From assembly GCF_006345805.1 (NCBI RefSeq), contig NC_042997.1, positions 57,784,001 through 57,848,000 on the forward strand: a stretch of DNA of 64,000 bases, read 5' to 3'. Both the position numbers and the translations under genes were made by a program. Source of the DNA: Octopus sinensis (Eukaryota). Below the pieces are notes generated by a model, which searched no databases, was not told where the DNA came from, and saw only the letters and a program-made list of their open reading frames with translations. Positions 24,031 to 35,908 of the stretch are shown piece after piece (the stretch's first letter is position 1; every line of letters begins with the position of its first letter).

Positions 24031-26436
24031 GAATTTTTTTTGAAATCTGGCACTGATTCTATTGGTCTGTTTTGCTGAAACACTGAATAACTGGGATGTA
24101 AACAAGTGAACGCTGATTGTCAAATGGTGCTATGGAGACACACACACACACACAAAATGGGTTTCTATACAGTTCCTGGCAACCACATTCACTCAAAGCA
24201 TTGGTTGTCCTGGGGCCATAATAGAAGGTAATTGTCCAAGGTGCTGTGCAATGAACTTGAAACCTCATGGTTGTAGAGTGATGTTTTCTAAAGTTTAAAT
24301 CTTTTGTTCTATTCAGTCTGCTTGTTTCTCTCTTAATCAATATTTATTGATTGGGATATTATCTCGAAACATTCAGCCCAATTATATTGAAGTATAAAAT
24401 TTATGGAAGGAAAAGTGGAAACATTCATTCATGCATTAGAAAATGGATTTAAAGCATTAAAAAAAAACCCAAAATTGAAGCACTTTCTCTTAAGTTGTTG
24501 GGATTTGGGAATCTTTGTTTCACAAATTTGTCTGAAAATGCTGTACTGTCCATCTTACAACTGATTCAGTCAAATCCAACAATTTGAGCCAACTTAAGAT
24601 TTACATTTAAGACAAAAACTTTGTATTCATAGGGTTTTAAGATTGTTTTTTTTTCTATTCTCTCTCTTAGTCTTGCTATGACATTTGATTTCTTAGCTAG
24701 GATCCTTCAAATATGGATTACCATATCCTTATTACATACTATTGATGTCTTGTTGAAAGACTTAGAATAGAATTAAATAGTAAAAGAATGGTTTAGATTA
24801 TTTGGTTCTTAGGCTGAGTTGGAATTGTAAAAATTCTTCAACACAACTAGTATAAGCTAGTTAAAAATCTGTTCAGGACAGCTATAAAACAACTGCAGTT
24901 TGGTATATTTTATTATATCTCTGGTCTGCTTTGGCTGTTACAGACAGGAAGACTGTGTCAAATATGTACTGCCATTCAACTCTGATGGGTTGTAATCATG
25001 TCCTATAATGTACAGAGGATGATAATGTCATTGTCTTGCAAATTGCAGTTGCTTTACATATATACTGATAATCGTTTTTCTGTATGAAAAACTTGGTATG
25101 TTTTATTTATACCTGCAGTGCCTGTGGCAAAAGTACTACACTTTTCTATGTTCATCTGAATGTTGCAAATTGGGAGTCACCTTGTCATTACTATACAATC
25201 TTTGAGAAAATCTTGAATTTGTTCTGTTAAGTTCTTGGTGAGACAGACACACTGTTGGGGGTCAGTCGAAACTGTTATGACTGTTTCCAGTAAAGTGCTC
25301 AGACAGATGAAATTCTAAAATTTATGAAAATTTGAGACATGATATTTTAAATTCAAAATGTATTTTGAATGTATCTATATTAAAAAGTAACTGAGGTAGG
25401 AAACTTAAAAGTGCAAAATTATTTTGCTCTTTTCTCAATGACATTAGTAACTAAGTAGATGGTGATTGAGGAATATTGGTCATAAATATTCATGAAACCA
25501 AAAAACTTAGGGTTTTGGAAAGTGATTGTGTACGATATGAGAATATTGCAGGCATTCTTAAAATAAAAATAGTAATAATGAGAAGCAAAAATATTTAGCA
25601 GTTTAGAAGTTGACTTATGGAACAAAGAAATAGAATGGAATAAGCATTTAAACCAGCTACATTCGGCTCAAATATTCTGTTTTATGTTAGATCTGGCCTC
25701 TTACACCTACCCTACAATATCATTCTAAAACTACACAACCACATCATCAAAATCTCAGCTAACTTGAATGCTAACGGGTGAACTTTAGTTGCATCAGTGT
25801 TAAGAATAGTCAATTATTTGCTAAAAAGTATTTTCATCATTAGTGCTTAAACATGATAAACTGTTAATTGTAGATGGTGGATTGGTCATTTCAGTAAGTA
25901 TTTTCAATGACTTTCGTGAAGGCTTTCTTTTGAACTTTAAAAATATTGGTTAGCCATATACACCTTATTTACTCATTGGTACTCGCATAATTACTAAGCA
26001 CGAATTGGGTGTGTATTCTTAGCAGTAGGTAGTGTATCCACTGAAGATTTAAAACAGCAACTTGTGCCAAACATTTGGTATTATATTCTGTTATTGGTTT
26101 TAGTTTGGGTGCCTTCAAGGGTCATCGTATTAACACTTGGTTTATGATCTGGTAATAATGGAACAACATAAATACACAAACAATTTCTGCATAGTTTTTG
26201 CCTGTCAAATTCTACTCTTGATATATTGATCAACAATCCAAGCAAACTTGCTCACAGTGCAGGGAAAACAAAAAGGTGATTGAAACTGGAACCATGTGTT
26301 GCAAAGTGAACTTAAAACTGTACAATCATACATACACTCAGAAGAATGTGTACTCTTTGGAGGGATTTTAAATATCTCTTTTATCAACTTGTTTTATATT
26401 CCAGATATCTGTTATTGAAGGCTAAAGGGTTATTTT

Positions 26437-26752
26437 ATCATCATCATTTAACGTTCGCTTTCCATGTTAACATGGGTTGGACGATTTGACTGGGGTCTGG
26501 CGAACCAGACTCCAATCTGATCTGGCAGAGTTTCTACAGCTGGATGCCCTTCCAAACGCCAACCACTCTAAGAGTGTAGTGGGTGCTTTTACGTGCCACT
26601 GGCACGAGGGCCAGTTTGGTGGTACTGGCAACGGCCATGCCCAAATGGTGCTTTTTACGTGCCACCTGTACAGGAGCCAGTCCAGTGGCACTGGCAATGA
26701 CCTCGCTCGAATATTTCACATGCCACCAGCACAAGTGCTAGTAAGGCAAAAA
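26437..26752 (-). mobile_element. RTE-related 3' UTR/SINE copy
   Basis: Begins atcatcatcatttaacgttcgctttccatg; same subfamily deletion pattern as the 63655 copy. Confidence 0.85.
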
Positions 26753-29700
26753 AAAAAGCAACTGGCAATTAAAAGTATTTTATCTGAAAATAAGCTTTAA
26801 AAAAGGTATTTGGATTCATAGCTGTGGCATAATTATATCAAACTGAAGCCAATATCATCTTGGAAGGAAACTTACCAATTATCAGCTAATTAGTTTATTA
26901 GCTGGTGAATAAACTTTGTTTACAAATTTTAGCCCATTTATTGCTTTTGATTTATTTTTGTGAAAGTGAATAATATTTGTTAGATTATGGGAATTTCTTA
27001 AGAGGACAGTAAATATAGTTTTCCACACTAATGAATTTCTTAATGTACTTGATCACTTTTGATAATGGTACGACTTAGAGGTATAAATTCCTTATTCTTG
27101 CTAGCCCTTGTTACCACATTGAGATTATTTTTGACAACCATATACAGATAGGAAAGAGATTTTATATCCACTTGTTTTACAATTTTGCCATTCAATTTTT
27201 GTTTCATCTTTCCAACTGGGATCAAATTCTGTAATCTTGTAAAATGGGTTGGTTGGCTTGCTAAATGATAAGAACTGTATGACTTCATGGGTGACCAAAT
27301 CATTATAGCACCTGGCAAGTAGTCAAGCTCACATTCTTGCATTGTGTTAGTCAAACCTACCTCACACAATGTAGGCATCCGCATACCTTAATGTGTTGGT
27401 GATGGCAACAACCACCACTAGAATTGACAAGTTCTATTCAATAAGGATTGTATGATTAATGCTAGAGCAAGTTATGAGCATTGACCCTGTGGATTCAGGT
27501 TGTAGGTGACATTTTTAATAAGTAATTCCTGTGAAGAGTCTCAGCTTTTGATATTGCATGGGTAAAATTTTTAATATGTGCCAAAGTAGATATAGAAATA
27601 GAAATAATAGATTTAAAATTTTTGCATTTCATCTTATATGCAGTCTATGCTTCAGATATGTGAGGAGATGAACCATAGTTGAGCAAACCATTGATCCAGT
27701 TGTTCCAGTTATGATCACTCTATACACCTAGGAGTGTATTGCCCTATTGTTCTCTCTTAAATTGTTAGATTATATGTTCCAGCAACTACAAAGCTTTTCC
27801 CACTGCTTGTCTATGCACATATCATGGTGTGATATGGTGTCTCAACATGTTGCTTCCTCTAACTTGTATTTTGCTTTAATTTAATGTGTATCCAAGCAAT
27901 CAGAAACTATTGTCCAAGAATTGGTTTATATTTACCATTTAATAACTGTTTTGATGATTAAAATATTGAACAGTGTCCTAAACATGTAGATTTGTCATCT
28001 TTTTATTGTTTACATATTTTTAGTTGAGCAAAAATTACTTTAAAGGGGCTTCTGTTTGGTTGCCTGACCTGTTACAGACAGCAGCCAAATTTTCCTCAAA
28101 TCATACATATAACAGCATGTTGAACTGCTAAACAATTGGTTCAGTAACTTGTTTACTGTTCAATTAATACTAATTAGGAAAATATTTATTTCTGAATTTT
28201 AGGTTTGAATTAAATTATATTTTGCGAGGGAGACTGTAAAAAGTAACACGATGTAGGGTATTTATTTTGTTAATCTCACAAAGGTTTAAAGCTAACTGAT
28301 ATGAGCTTCAAAACAAAGGATTTGGCTCATCGTTGTTTCTATGTGTTAGAACTTTGCACTATTAGGTTTTAAAATTTGCTTCTTTCTCCCTGGCAATAAC
28401 ATCTTGATTCTTGTGAAGCTCCTATTTTATTTAATGGAAGTGCCAACATAGCTAAAATATAAAGGCATTTCAAGTGGGATATGTTATTGTGTTAACTAAC
28501 CATTGTTTATTACACTGGTTATTTAATTAATTACCAAAATAGTTATTTTTTTTTATCTTTCATTTCTGTTAAACAGCAGTTTTGTGAGAACCACTATAAA
28601 ATGCAATTTACTTATGCCTTTAATATATAAATAAGCAGCTTAATTAATTATTCAGTAGCTCAGTTAGCCTTGTTGATTTGTGCTTGATTATTTGTTTCTT
28701 AAACATTTGGCATTCAGATTACTCAGTCAAATGTTATGATGTTTATTTATTCACACTGTTTTGAATTAATCTTGCATTATCTCATAACTTGATATTTTCG
28801 TAATGTTATGGTTATTTTTAGAATGACATTGTAGAATAGATGTGAGAGGCTGGATCTGGTTTGTTTGAACATAAAACAGTAGGATATTTGGGTTAGATAT
28901 GGCTCAAAATGTTACGCCCAGATCAACCTTAATTGAGCAGACCCATGATAAAAAAAAACACTGTAATCACACATTTTTGTATATATGACAGTAGAGTATG
29001 ATTTGAGGGACATTGCTTGCTATTTACATGAGCTTCACTGGTGACTTAACCTTTTCCATTATGCAGTAGTTTGGTTATGTAGGATTCATTGTAACAAGTT
29101 GGGATGTTAAAGAATATCAGTAGGTTTGGTAATGAGTATAACTGGCAGTTCCTTAGCATTTGTTATGTGGTTAAAATACCTTTATAGATTTTGAGCTGGG
29201 TATGAAATTTGATGACTTATTTTGTGCCTGTCTAGAACAAGTGGAGGTAGTGGATTTCTGTATTTGTAATATGTTTAGGAGATTATGAGCAGTTGAACAT
29301 GTTTTACTGATAATCTAGTCATTAAAATAGATTGTTTGTGTCTTTATACAGCTACATTATGGCAATAACATGTTTAATTTTTTTATTAATATTTTCTATC
29401 TTGGGTCACTTGATACAATGTTGAAGCTAAGTTCCAAAGAACCAATAGATCATTGGTTTCCTTTTTCCTAAATTTAAATATTTTGAATTTTCAAAAGTAG
29501 AAGAAAGTGAACCATTAAAAAAAAAAAAATCTTTGGAAGTATCAAATATTACAATACATTCTTTGATATATAACCAAGGCACTCACAAAGTATTGATGTG
29601 CTTTATTCAGAAATGTAGTTCTATAGCATATAGGATGATTCAATGCTTTAAAAAATTCATGGATCAACTTTGGAATGGAACATCCTGTAAATTCACTTGT

Positions 29701-31365
29701 GCAAGTTGACATTTTTTAAGAGAGTATAAGGATTTTGTAGAGTAATATGAGAAGGGATGAAGTTGCAGTGCACCTGAAGTTTAAATACTGGTCTGCTGAT
29801 GCATATTTGATAGTTCCAATCAATGTCTTGAGCCAACCCAATTTTGTTATGCTTTATTAATTGATATACGAGTGTCATTTTTATTGTCAGACCATAAGAT
29901 GCTATATCCTCCATTTGCCATGATGAGCAGTCAGTTGTTCAATCTACAGTTGAATCTCTACTTGTGAATAGCAGAGTATTCTACAGACACAGTCTTAATC
30001 CAGTGTGACAGAACTGAACCGTTTGAATTGCAGTTATAGTCCAAGGAGAAAGAAAAAGAACAATTATTCTGTTCACTAAATTAGTATTTTATTTTATTTT
30101 GAAAAGATGGAAAGCAAAGTTGATTGTGGCAGTATTTGAACTTAGTGCAGAGAGTTGGAAAAAACACTGCATTACATAACAGACATAATTCTTCCACTTA
30201 TTGCCTAAACTTAAGCATACAAGTTTGTTCAGTAAAACCCCTTAAGATATATAAGTATAAAGGATAAGATAATAATTGTAGGTTTTTACGGATTGCATTG
30301 CTAAAATGATGTAAGATTAAAAAACTTTTTAACTGCTTTGTTATTTCCCCTCCCTTAATGTACCAAAAAAGAAAGATAATTTTTGCTACTAATCTTCAAT
30401 TTAAACAAGTATATTTCTTTGGTAATGTTTTAAATTTTTAGTTAGTATTGTGTCTTAGATTCCTTTTATTTCATGTCCCACTTTTTTGACATTCTTAAAT
30501 GACTGCTAATTACTCACCAGTTAAATATATCTGATATAGACCATATTTTTGTCGTAGATTTGCTGACTTGTTCTGTTCATGCCAACAAAGAGGAAATGGA
30601 GAGAGCAAAGTCTTGTGTGAGATATAGAATATTTAAAATAGTGTGTGATATGTTTGGTATTAGGAACAACCAACCAGCCAACCATTGCTTTGATAATCCA
30701 TGCAATATCTGAATTTGTTGGGCTAATCTGTGATTGCATAAAGAAAATATGGCATCAGTATAAACAATGTTGGAGTTAATTTTCTGATGTGTCTTAAACA
30801 GTTTGAATTGACACTCAGGTTGTATTTCCTATTGGAATCATAAACATTGCCAGAAACTCCCCAATTCTGCGTTTATATAACGTTATCTGTTGAAGTTTTT
30901 ATTAAAATAGTTAAATTGTGATTGAATATCATCTTGGTTTTGTATCAGCACTGAAGTGAATGAATTCTTGGTTGTTGATTGTTCTGGATATTTTCTTTGG
31001 AGTTAGATAGGAATGAAATTTTCATGGTTTTGCTTCTAAGTTTTTAGCTTTTTCTTTGATTTTTAATCTAAGTGGGTATTCTAAGGAATGAATCATTCCT
31101 CTATATATATATATATATGTAGTACATTTGACAATAATTTAATTGCACATTATTGGCAACAGTTATTTAAATCAAAATGTTTGATTTATAAATTATTTTT
31201 ATTTTCTGACATAATTTTCTACAAAGCACATGCAATCATTAAAGTTTACTAGTTTACTCAATACATATATAAAAGTTGATGAAATAAAAAATTCTCCTTG
31301 GGTTATATTTAGATTTTATGTTTGCTTGTTTTTCTATTTGCAGGTGACTGCACCAGATTTTAAAT

Positions 31366-32335
31366 ATGAATCGAGGTGGAGTCAGTCAATGGTCAGGTGG
31401 CAAAGAAATGTCAGGCTTTGATTACAATTCAAATTATGGCAATCATTGGAATTCTGGAGCAACAGCCTGGGATGGTATGGGAAGCAGCAATCTTATCAAC
31501 AGCAGCAGTAACAGCAACAACTTTTCTACTAGCTATGGAGCTGGATTATCTAGCAATGTTAGTGGTTACAAACGTCAGTGGCAGTCAGCTAGCCCAGGAG
31601 AAGAGAAAAAAAGTAACAAAATGATTAAATTAAACCAGTCATATGGTAGTCAAGGAGATCAATACGGTAGTGTCGATGCAATGTATTCCAATCAATCTGG
31701 TCAATACAATACAAACTGGAATGACTCAAAGAGGAAAAGTGCTACTTCAAATTGGGGATCAGTGGCACAATATAATAATAGTAACAGTAACAGCCATTGG
31801 CAGGGGAAATCTCCACAAAAGGGTATGAAAAACTTTGGATATCAAGCAGGATATCAGGGTAACGATTATTGCTGGGATTACTCTGCTGAACAATATGTTG
31901 ATGAATCAGACTTTGGTGAATTTGGCGCTGGTTATTTTGATAACCAAGGAGCATTTGATGATTATTATGTTGGTGATCAAGCTTATCAGTATGATCAAAA
32001 ACAGCGTGGCGGTAAATTTGGTGGCCGAGGACAACGTGGTTCTGCCTCCAACCGTGGTGGACGTATTGGAAACCAACCAATTTGGGGCCAATGGCTTACT
32101 GATGAGAACTCTTTGACATTTGGCAGTGCTGGGTCTAGCCCTTATGGAAGAGGCCGACGTGGTGCAGGAAGAGGTGGTGGTGGTGTTGGATCTGAAATTA
32201 ACCGCATCAGAGATGCTATCCGAACTGTTCAAGGTTACAGCGACATTGATCTAAGTTTCTTACTTGATGCATCTGATACCTTCAGACAAGGGAATCAATA
32301 TAAAGGGAAGTCTGGCAGAGGAGCTGGTGTTGATG
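31366..32335 (+). CDS. NKRF: NKRF-like protein, coding exon 1 (low-complexity G/N/S/Y/Q/W and RGG-rich N-terminus)
   Basis: Acceptor ctatttgcag| ending at 31343. An in-frame TGA at 31345-31347 upstream of ATG 31366 fixes the start. The ORF is open to donor GATG|gtaagt (phase 1), which joins the next exon in frame (G+CA = Ala). Confidence 0.88.
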
Positions 32336-32499
32336 GTAAGTTACTACTATATTTAAATATATACATCATCATCATCATGTAACTTTATCCAGTTGCCATT
32401 TTTGTAAAATGTTCAAATTTAATTTACATAATAAATTTCTGTGTTTGTGTGTGAAAAATTAATTTTATTTATGATTTAAGTATTTTAAATTTCTTTTAG

Positions 32500-34105
32500 C
32501 AAAGAGAGGTGCTGCTTCACGAGGAAAACTACAGCGTGGAGGTTTGGCAAATTTTGGTGATCGAGGTTCATTGAAAGCTGGTCTACGAAATCTCCAGGCT
32601 GCTGCAAAAGGATTATCTCAAGGAGTCAAAGGAAAAAATGCAAAAGCTTCCCCTTTGCAAGGAGTTAATTTACCTGCCGATACGTCAAAAATGACAATAT
32701 CTGAAAAAATAAAATACTTTACCCTCTGGCTCAAGCGTGATTACCCCAAATGCAATGCTATTCAGACAATTGAAAATGCTTTGACTAGCTGCAAACTTAA
32801 ATTAGATCATTCTTATGATGTTGAAGAGTTGGTGCGCATTGGTGGCCGATCTATGTACACTGCCAAACTAACAGTTGAAGGTAAATTCATGGCTAGAGCT
32901 GTAGCTGCTAGTAAAAAAGAGTTAAAACATGAAGTTTATAAAAAGGCTGTTGAAGTTCTGACAAAGCAGTCTGTTGCGTCCATTGTAAAACAGAAAGATC
33001 CAGGTCCAGAAAAAATGAGAGCAGAATTGACTAATTCTCTTACTAAGAATAAAACTGAACCTTCCTGGGAGAAAGTGGTAGATATTTGTAAGGAAAAAGG
33101 TCTGAGTTGTGCTCCAGAAAAAACGTTTCATGGCAATGAGAAACAAGTGGGTTTCCAACAGTTAATTGCACAGCTCAAAGCTACCAATCCTCAACCTGAC
33201 AATGAAATTTCTGCCTTCATCCAAGCCTTCTCTGCTTCACATTGCACTTTAGAACATACTTATACTCCATCAGATTCCAGATTAGCTAATGGCAAAGCTG
33301 TATTTTATGGCACAGTAACCATTGGAAATGTGGTGGTTGGACGAGGTATGGGTTGTAAGAAGAAGGATGCTAAACATGAAGCCTATAAACAAGCTATTGA
33401 ATTCATCAAAAATAATGCTCTTGAAATTGTAATGAAGGGTAATAAAAAACAGCCTGTGGAACATTCTGGTTTCAACATATCTAGTACTGAGGTGAAATCT
33501 CCAAAAACAACTGGAGAAACAGCCACTTTCACTGATTTATCATCTAAACTGGAAGCATTAATTAAATTAATCAAAGAGTCAGCACATCGAGCAAATACAG
33601 TTAATGCTGTTGATACAATGGCTGTCCAGTGTTGTTTGTCACCAACTTGCCTTTATCGTAAAGTTGAAGGTGACATGCAGAAACGGACGCTAGCTTGTGA
33701 ACTCTATTTGGACAATCTTCTAATAGCAAAGGGTGAAGGTGACACCAGAAAGGATGCCCAAATTGGTGCCTATACAAATGCATGGGAGGTTCTTAGTACC
33801 AGTACACCCAACTATCTGATCAGTGAGCATCATACTCTCACCATGAAAGATAAACTTGATCCAATGGTAATTGATATAGTTGTGAAGGGATTTGGAAAAT
33901 ATGGTGAATCTAATTTGCCAAGACTTCGCAGGCTCAGAATTCAAAGTCCAGAAAATTCCAAATCTATTGAGGATTTAGTAATTATGGAACATGAAGACTG
34001 GAAATATGATCGGCAGCGGCATGCTTTCTGTATTCTCAACAATAGTTCTACAATGTGTGGCATGTTAATGGAATGGGAAATAGAACCACAAGGAGATGTT
34101 TTCAA
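32500..34105 (+). CDS. NKRF: NKRF-like protein, coding exon 2 (three complete dsRBD-like domains at ~32754-32963, 33201-33410, 33594-33797 and the start of a fourth)
   Basis: Acceptor ttcttttag|C, 1606-nt open frame, donor AA|gtaagt (phase 2). dsRBD helix-2 motifs: SKKELKHEVYKKAVEVL, CKKKDAKHEAYKQAIEFI, TRKDAQIGAYTNAWEVL. SIEDLVIMEH...FCILNNSSTMCGM resembles human NKRF DIKDLVVYEN...CTLNDTAQFNRM and ILNNSASFNKM (recalled, not searched). Confidence 0.9.
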
Positions 34106-34888
34106 GTAAGTAGTTTTCTATTTTTTTTATCTGTTGCTAACAAATATTTCTCGAAGTTAAAAATACTCAATTAAAGGTTTTTTTTGAGTTTTTAAAAATA
34201 AAGATGTTAGCTAAACTAAGCAAATTGTATTACTTTACAATTAATTTCCTTAACAAATTTAAAACACACGTCAAGGATTTGGTTGCATGGTTAGAATATG
34301 GTGATTTTTTTTTTTTTTTGTTTGTTTCAGGATTGGGTGATAATCATTAATGCACAATCCCTGAAGTTTGTAAAAGCTTCTAACAAATCTTATCTTGCAA
34401 AATATGTTGGTGTAGTGTTATTTTAATATAGCTGACTAACTGTATCTATTTCAGTTTTTGAACTGGTGTTTTACTTTGAGAAAAGCTTAAACATTACATT
34501 TTTTTTTATGTATCAGGCAGAATAAAGAAAAAGTATCATTTTAACAGCTTAAAATGTGAATAAAATTCTGTTGAGAATATACTATAATAGAATTTCTAAA
34601 GCAATAGTGAATGCAAGTTTTCTAGTTTATTTTACATGATCTTGAGTAAGAGAAGGCTTCAATGAGAATGTTGTTTATTTACAATTTATTCCAATTATGA
34701 TATTAAAGTAATAATGAATATATCTTGAATATTTGTTAGTCAAATACTGGTTTTATACTACCTATTTTACTACTTGCAAAATCAGTATAATTTCCAGTTT
34801 TGGTGATTGGGGTGCACTAATTATAAAGGCTATAGTTCTGTCACTGCTCAGAACTTTTGATAGTCATTTTAAATAACATTAACCAGTT

Positions 34889-35540
34889 TTCATCATCATC
34901 GTCGTTTAACGTCCGTTCTCCATGCTAGCATGGGTTGGACGGTTCGACCGGGGATCTGGGAAGCCAGAAGGCTGCACCAGGCTCCGGTCTTATCTGGCAA
35001 TGTTTCTACAGCTGGATGCCCTTCCTAACGCCAACCACTCCGTGAGTGTAGTGGGTGCTTTTTACGTGCCACCTGCACTGGTGCCAGGCGAGGCTGTCAT
35101 CGGCCACGGTCGGATTGGTGCATTTTACGTGCCACCTGCACGGAAGCCAGTTGAGGCGGCACTGGCATCGGCCACGATTCGGATAGTGCTTTTTATGTAT
35201 CTCCAGTCCAGGGGTCCATGCATCTGCCGGGTGCCAGTCATAGGATTGGTTCAATTTCGATTCCAATTTCACTTGCCCCAATGGGTCTTCGCAAGCAAAG
35301 GTGCCTGTCGTCGGATGAGGTTCGATATCGACTTCGCTTGCCTCAACAGGTCTTTGTGTGTCCAAGGGAGGAAAGGCATGCATAAGTGGGCTGGACTCAC
35401 TTGTCCTGCCTGGTCTTTTCATGCACAGCATATTTCCAAAGGTCTCGGTCGCTGGTCATTTCCTCAGTGAGACCTAAAGTTCGAAGGTCGTGCTTCACCA
35501 CCTCGTCCCAAGTTTTCCTGGGTCTACCTCTTCCACGGGT
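34889..35540 (-). mobile_element. 5'-truncated RTE-clade LINE 3' end in NKRF intron 2
   Basis: Minus strand 35540-35397 encodes TRGRGRPRKTWDEVVKHDLRTLGLTEEMTSDRDLWKYAVHEKTRQDK* (RTE ORF C-terminus). This is followed by a 3' UTR with internal ttttacgtgccac subrepeats and a (GAT)n tail. Confidence 0.88.
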
Positions 35541-35784
35541 TCTTATAATATCAGATTCTTGTATCCATTTTCCTGTAAGGGTTGGAATTTGAAATGGTAG
35601 AACAACCTGCTAGTTACAATGCTAACAGATATAGCAGAATTTGAATATACAATCTTCTGCTATAGTTTCCTAATCAGAGAACAACTGTTTCTTTTAATGT
35701 AACAGATATCTTGAATAAATATGTAATTGAATGTATGTGTCATCTTCTCATGTTCAGATGTCATTTGATGTATTTTTCAAACAG

Positions 35785-35908
35785 ATGTAAGATGCTTATC
35801 CAGAAGAAACTAATAGCTGAGGCCTCAGCATCTTCGAAGAACAATGCTCGTAACACTGCTGCTGCAATTGCTTTGATGAAACTCTATCAAACTCAAGATG
35901 TTATCAGA
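35785..35908 (+). CDS. NKRF: NKRF-like protein, coding exon 3 (C-terminal half of the fourth dsRBD)
   Basis: Acceptor tttttcaaacag|A completes AAA (Lys). Encodes CKMLIQKKLIAEASASSKNNARNTAAAIALMKLYQTQDVIR, matching NKRF CKVILESEVIAEA..KK..KYEAAGEAVKTLKKTQP. Donor AGA|gtaaga, phase 0. Confidence 0.88.

Noticed and set aside
27040-27384. 114-aa minus-strand ORF with normal composition (also 29693-29914)
   Set aside because: No recognisable motif and no convincing splice sites; within a long intron, so chance ORF or old transposon debris cannot be excluded.
29920-30017. ATGATGA...CTGA, 98 nt, C/D snoRNA candidate
   Set aside because: No terminal stem, no convincing C'/D' boxes, no recognisable antisense element.
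31742-32232. Antisense and alternative-frame ORFs over the NKRF-like exons (also 32922-33944, 39625-39939)
   Set aside because: Shadows of the sense coding frame and its codon bias.
34922-35470. 182-aa ORF and related ORFs (26477-26800, 38897-39412, 46422-46754, 63684-63905) sharing FLQLDALPNANHS
   Set aside because: These read through the antisense strand of the RTE 3' UTR repeat; the shared peptide reflects repeat identity, not a gene family.
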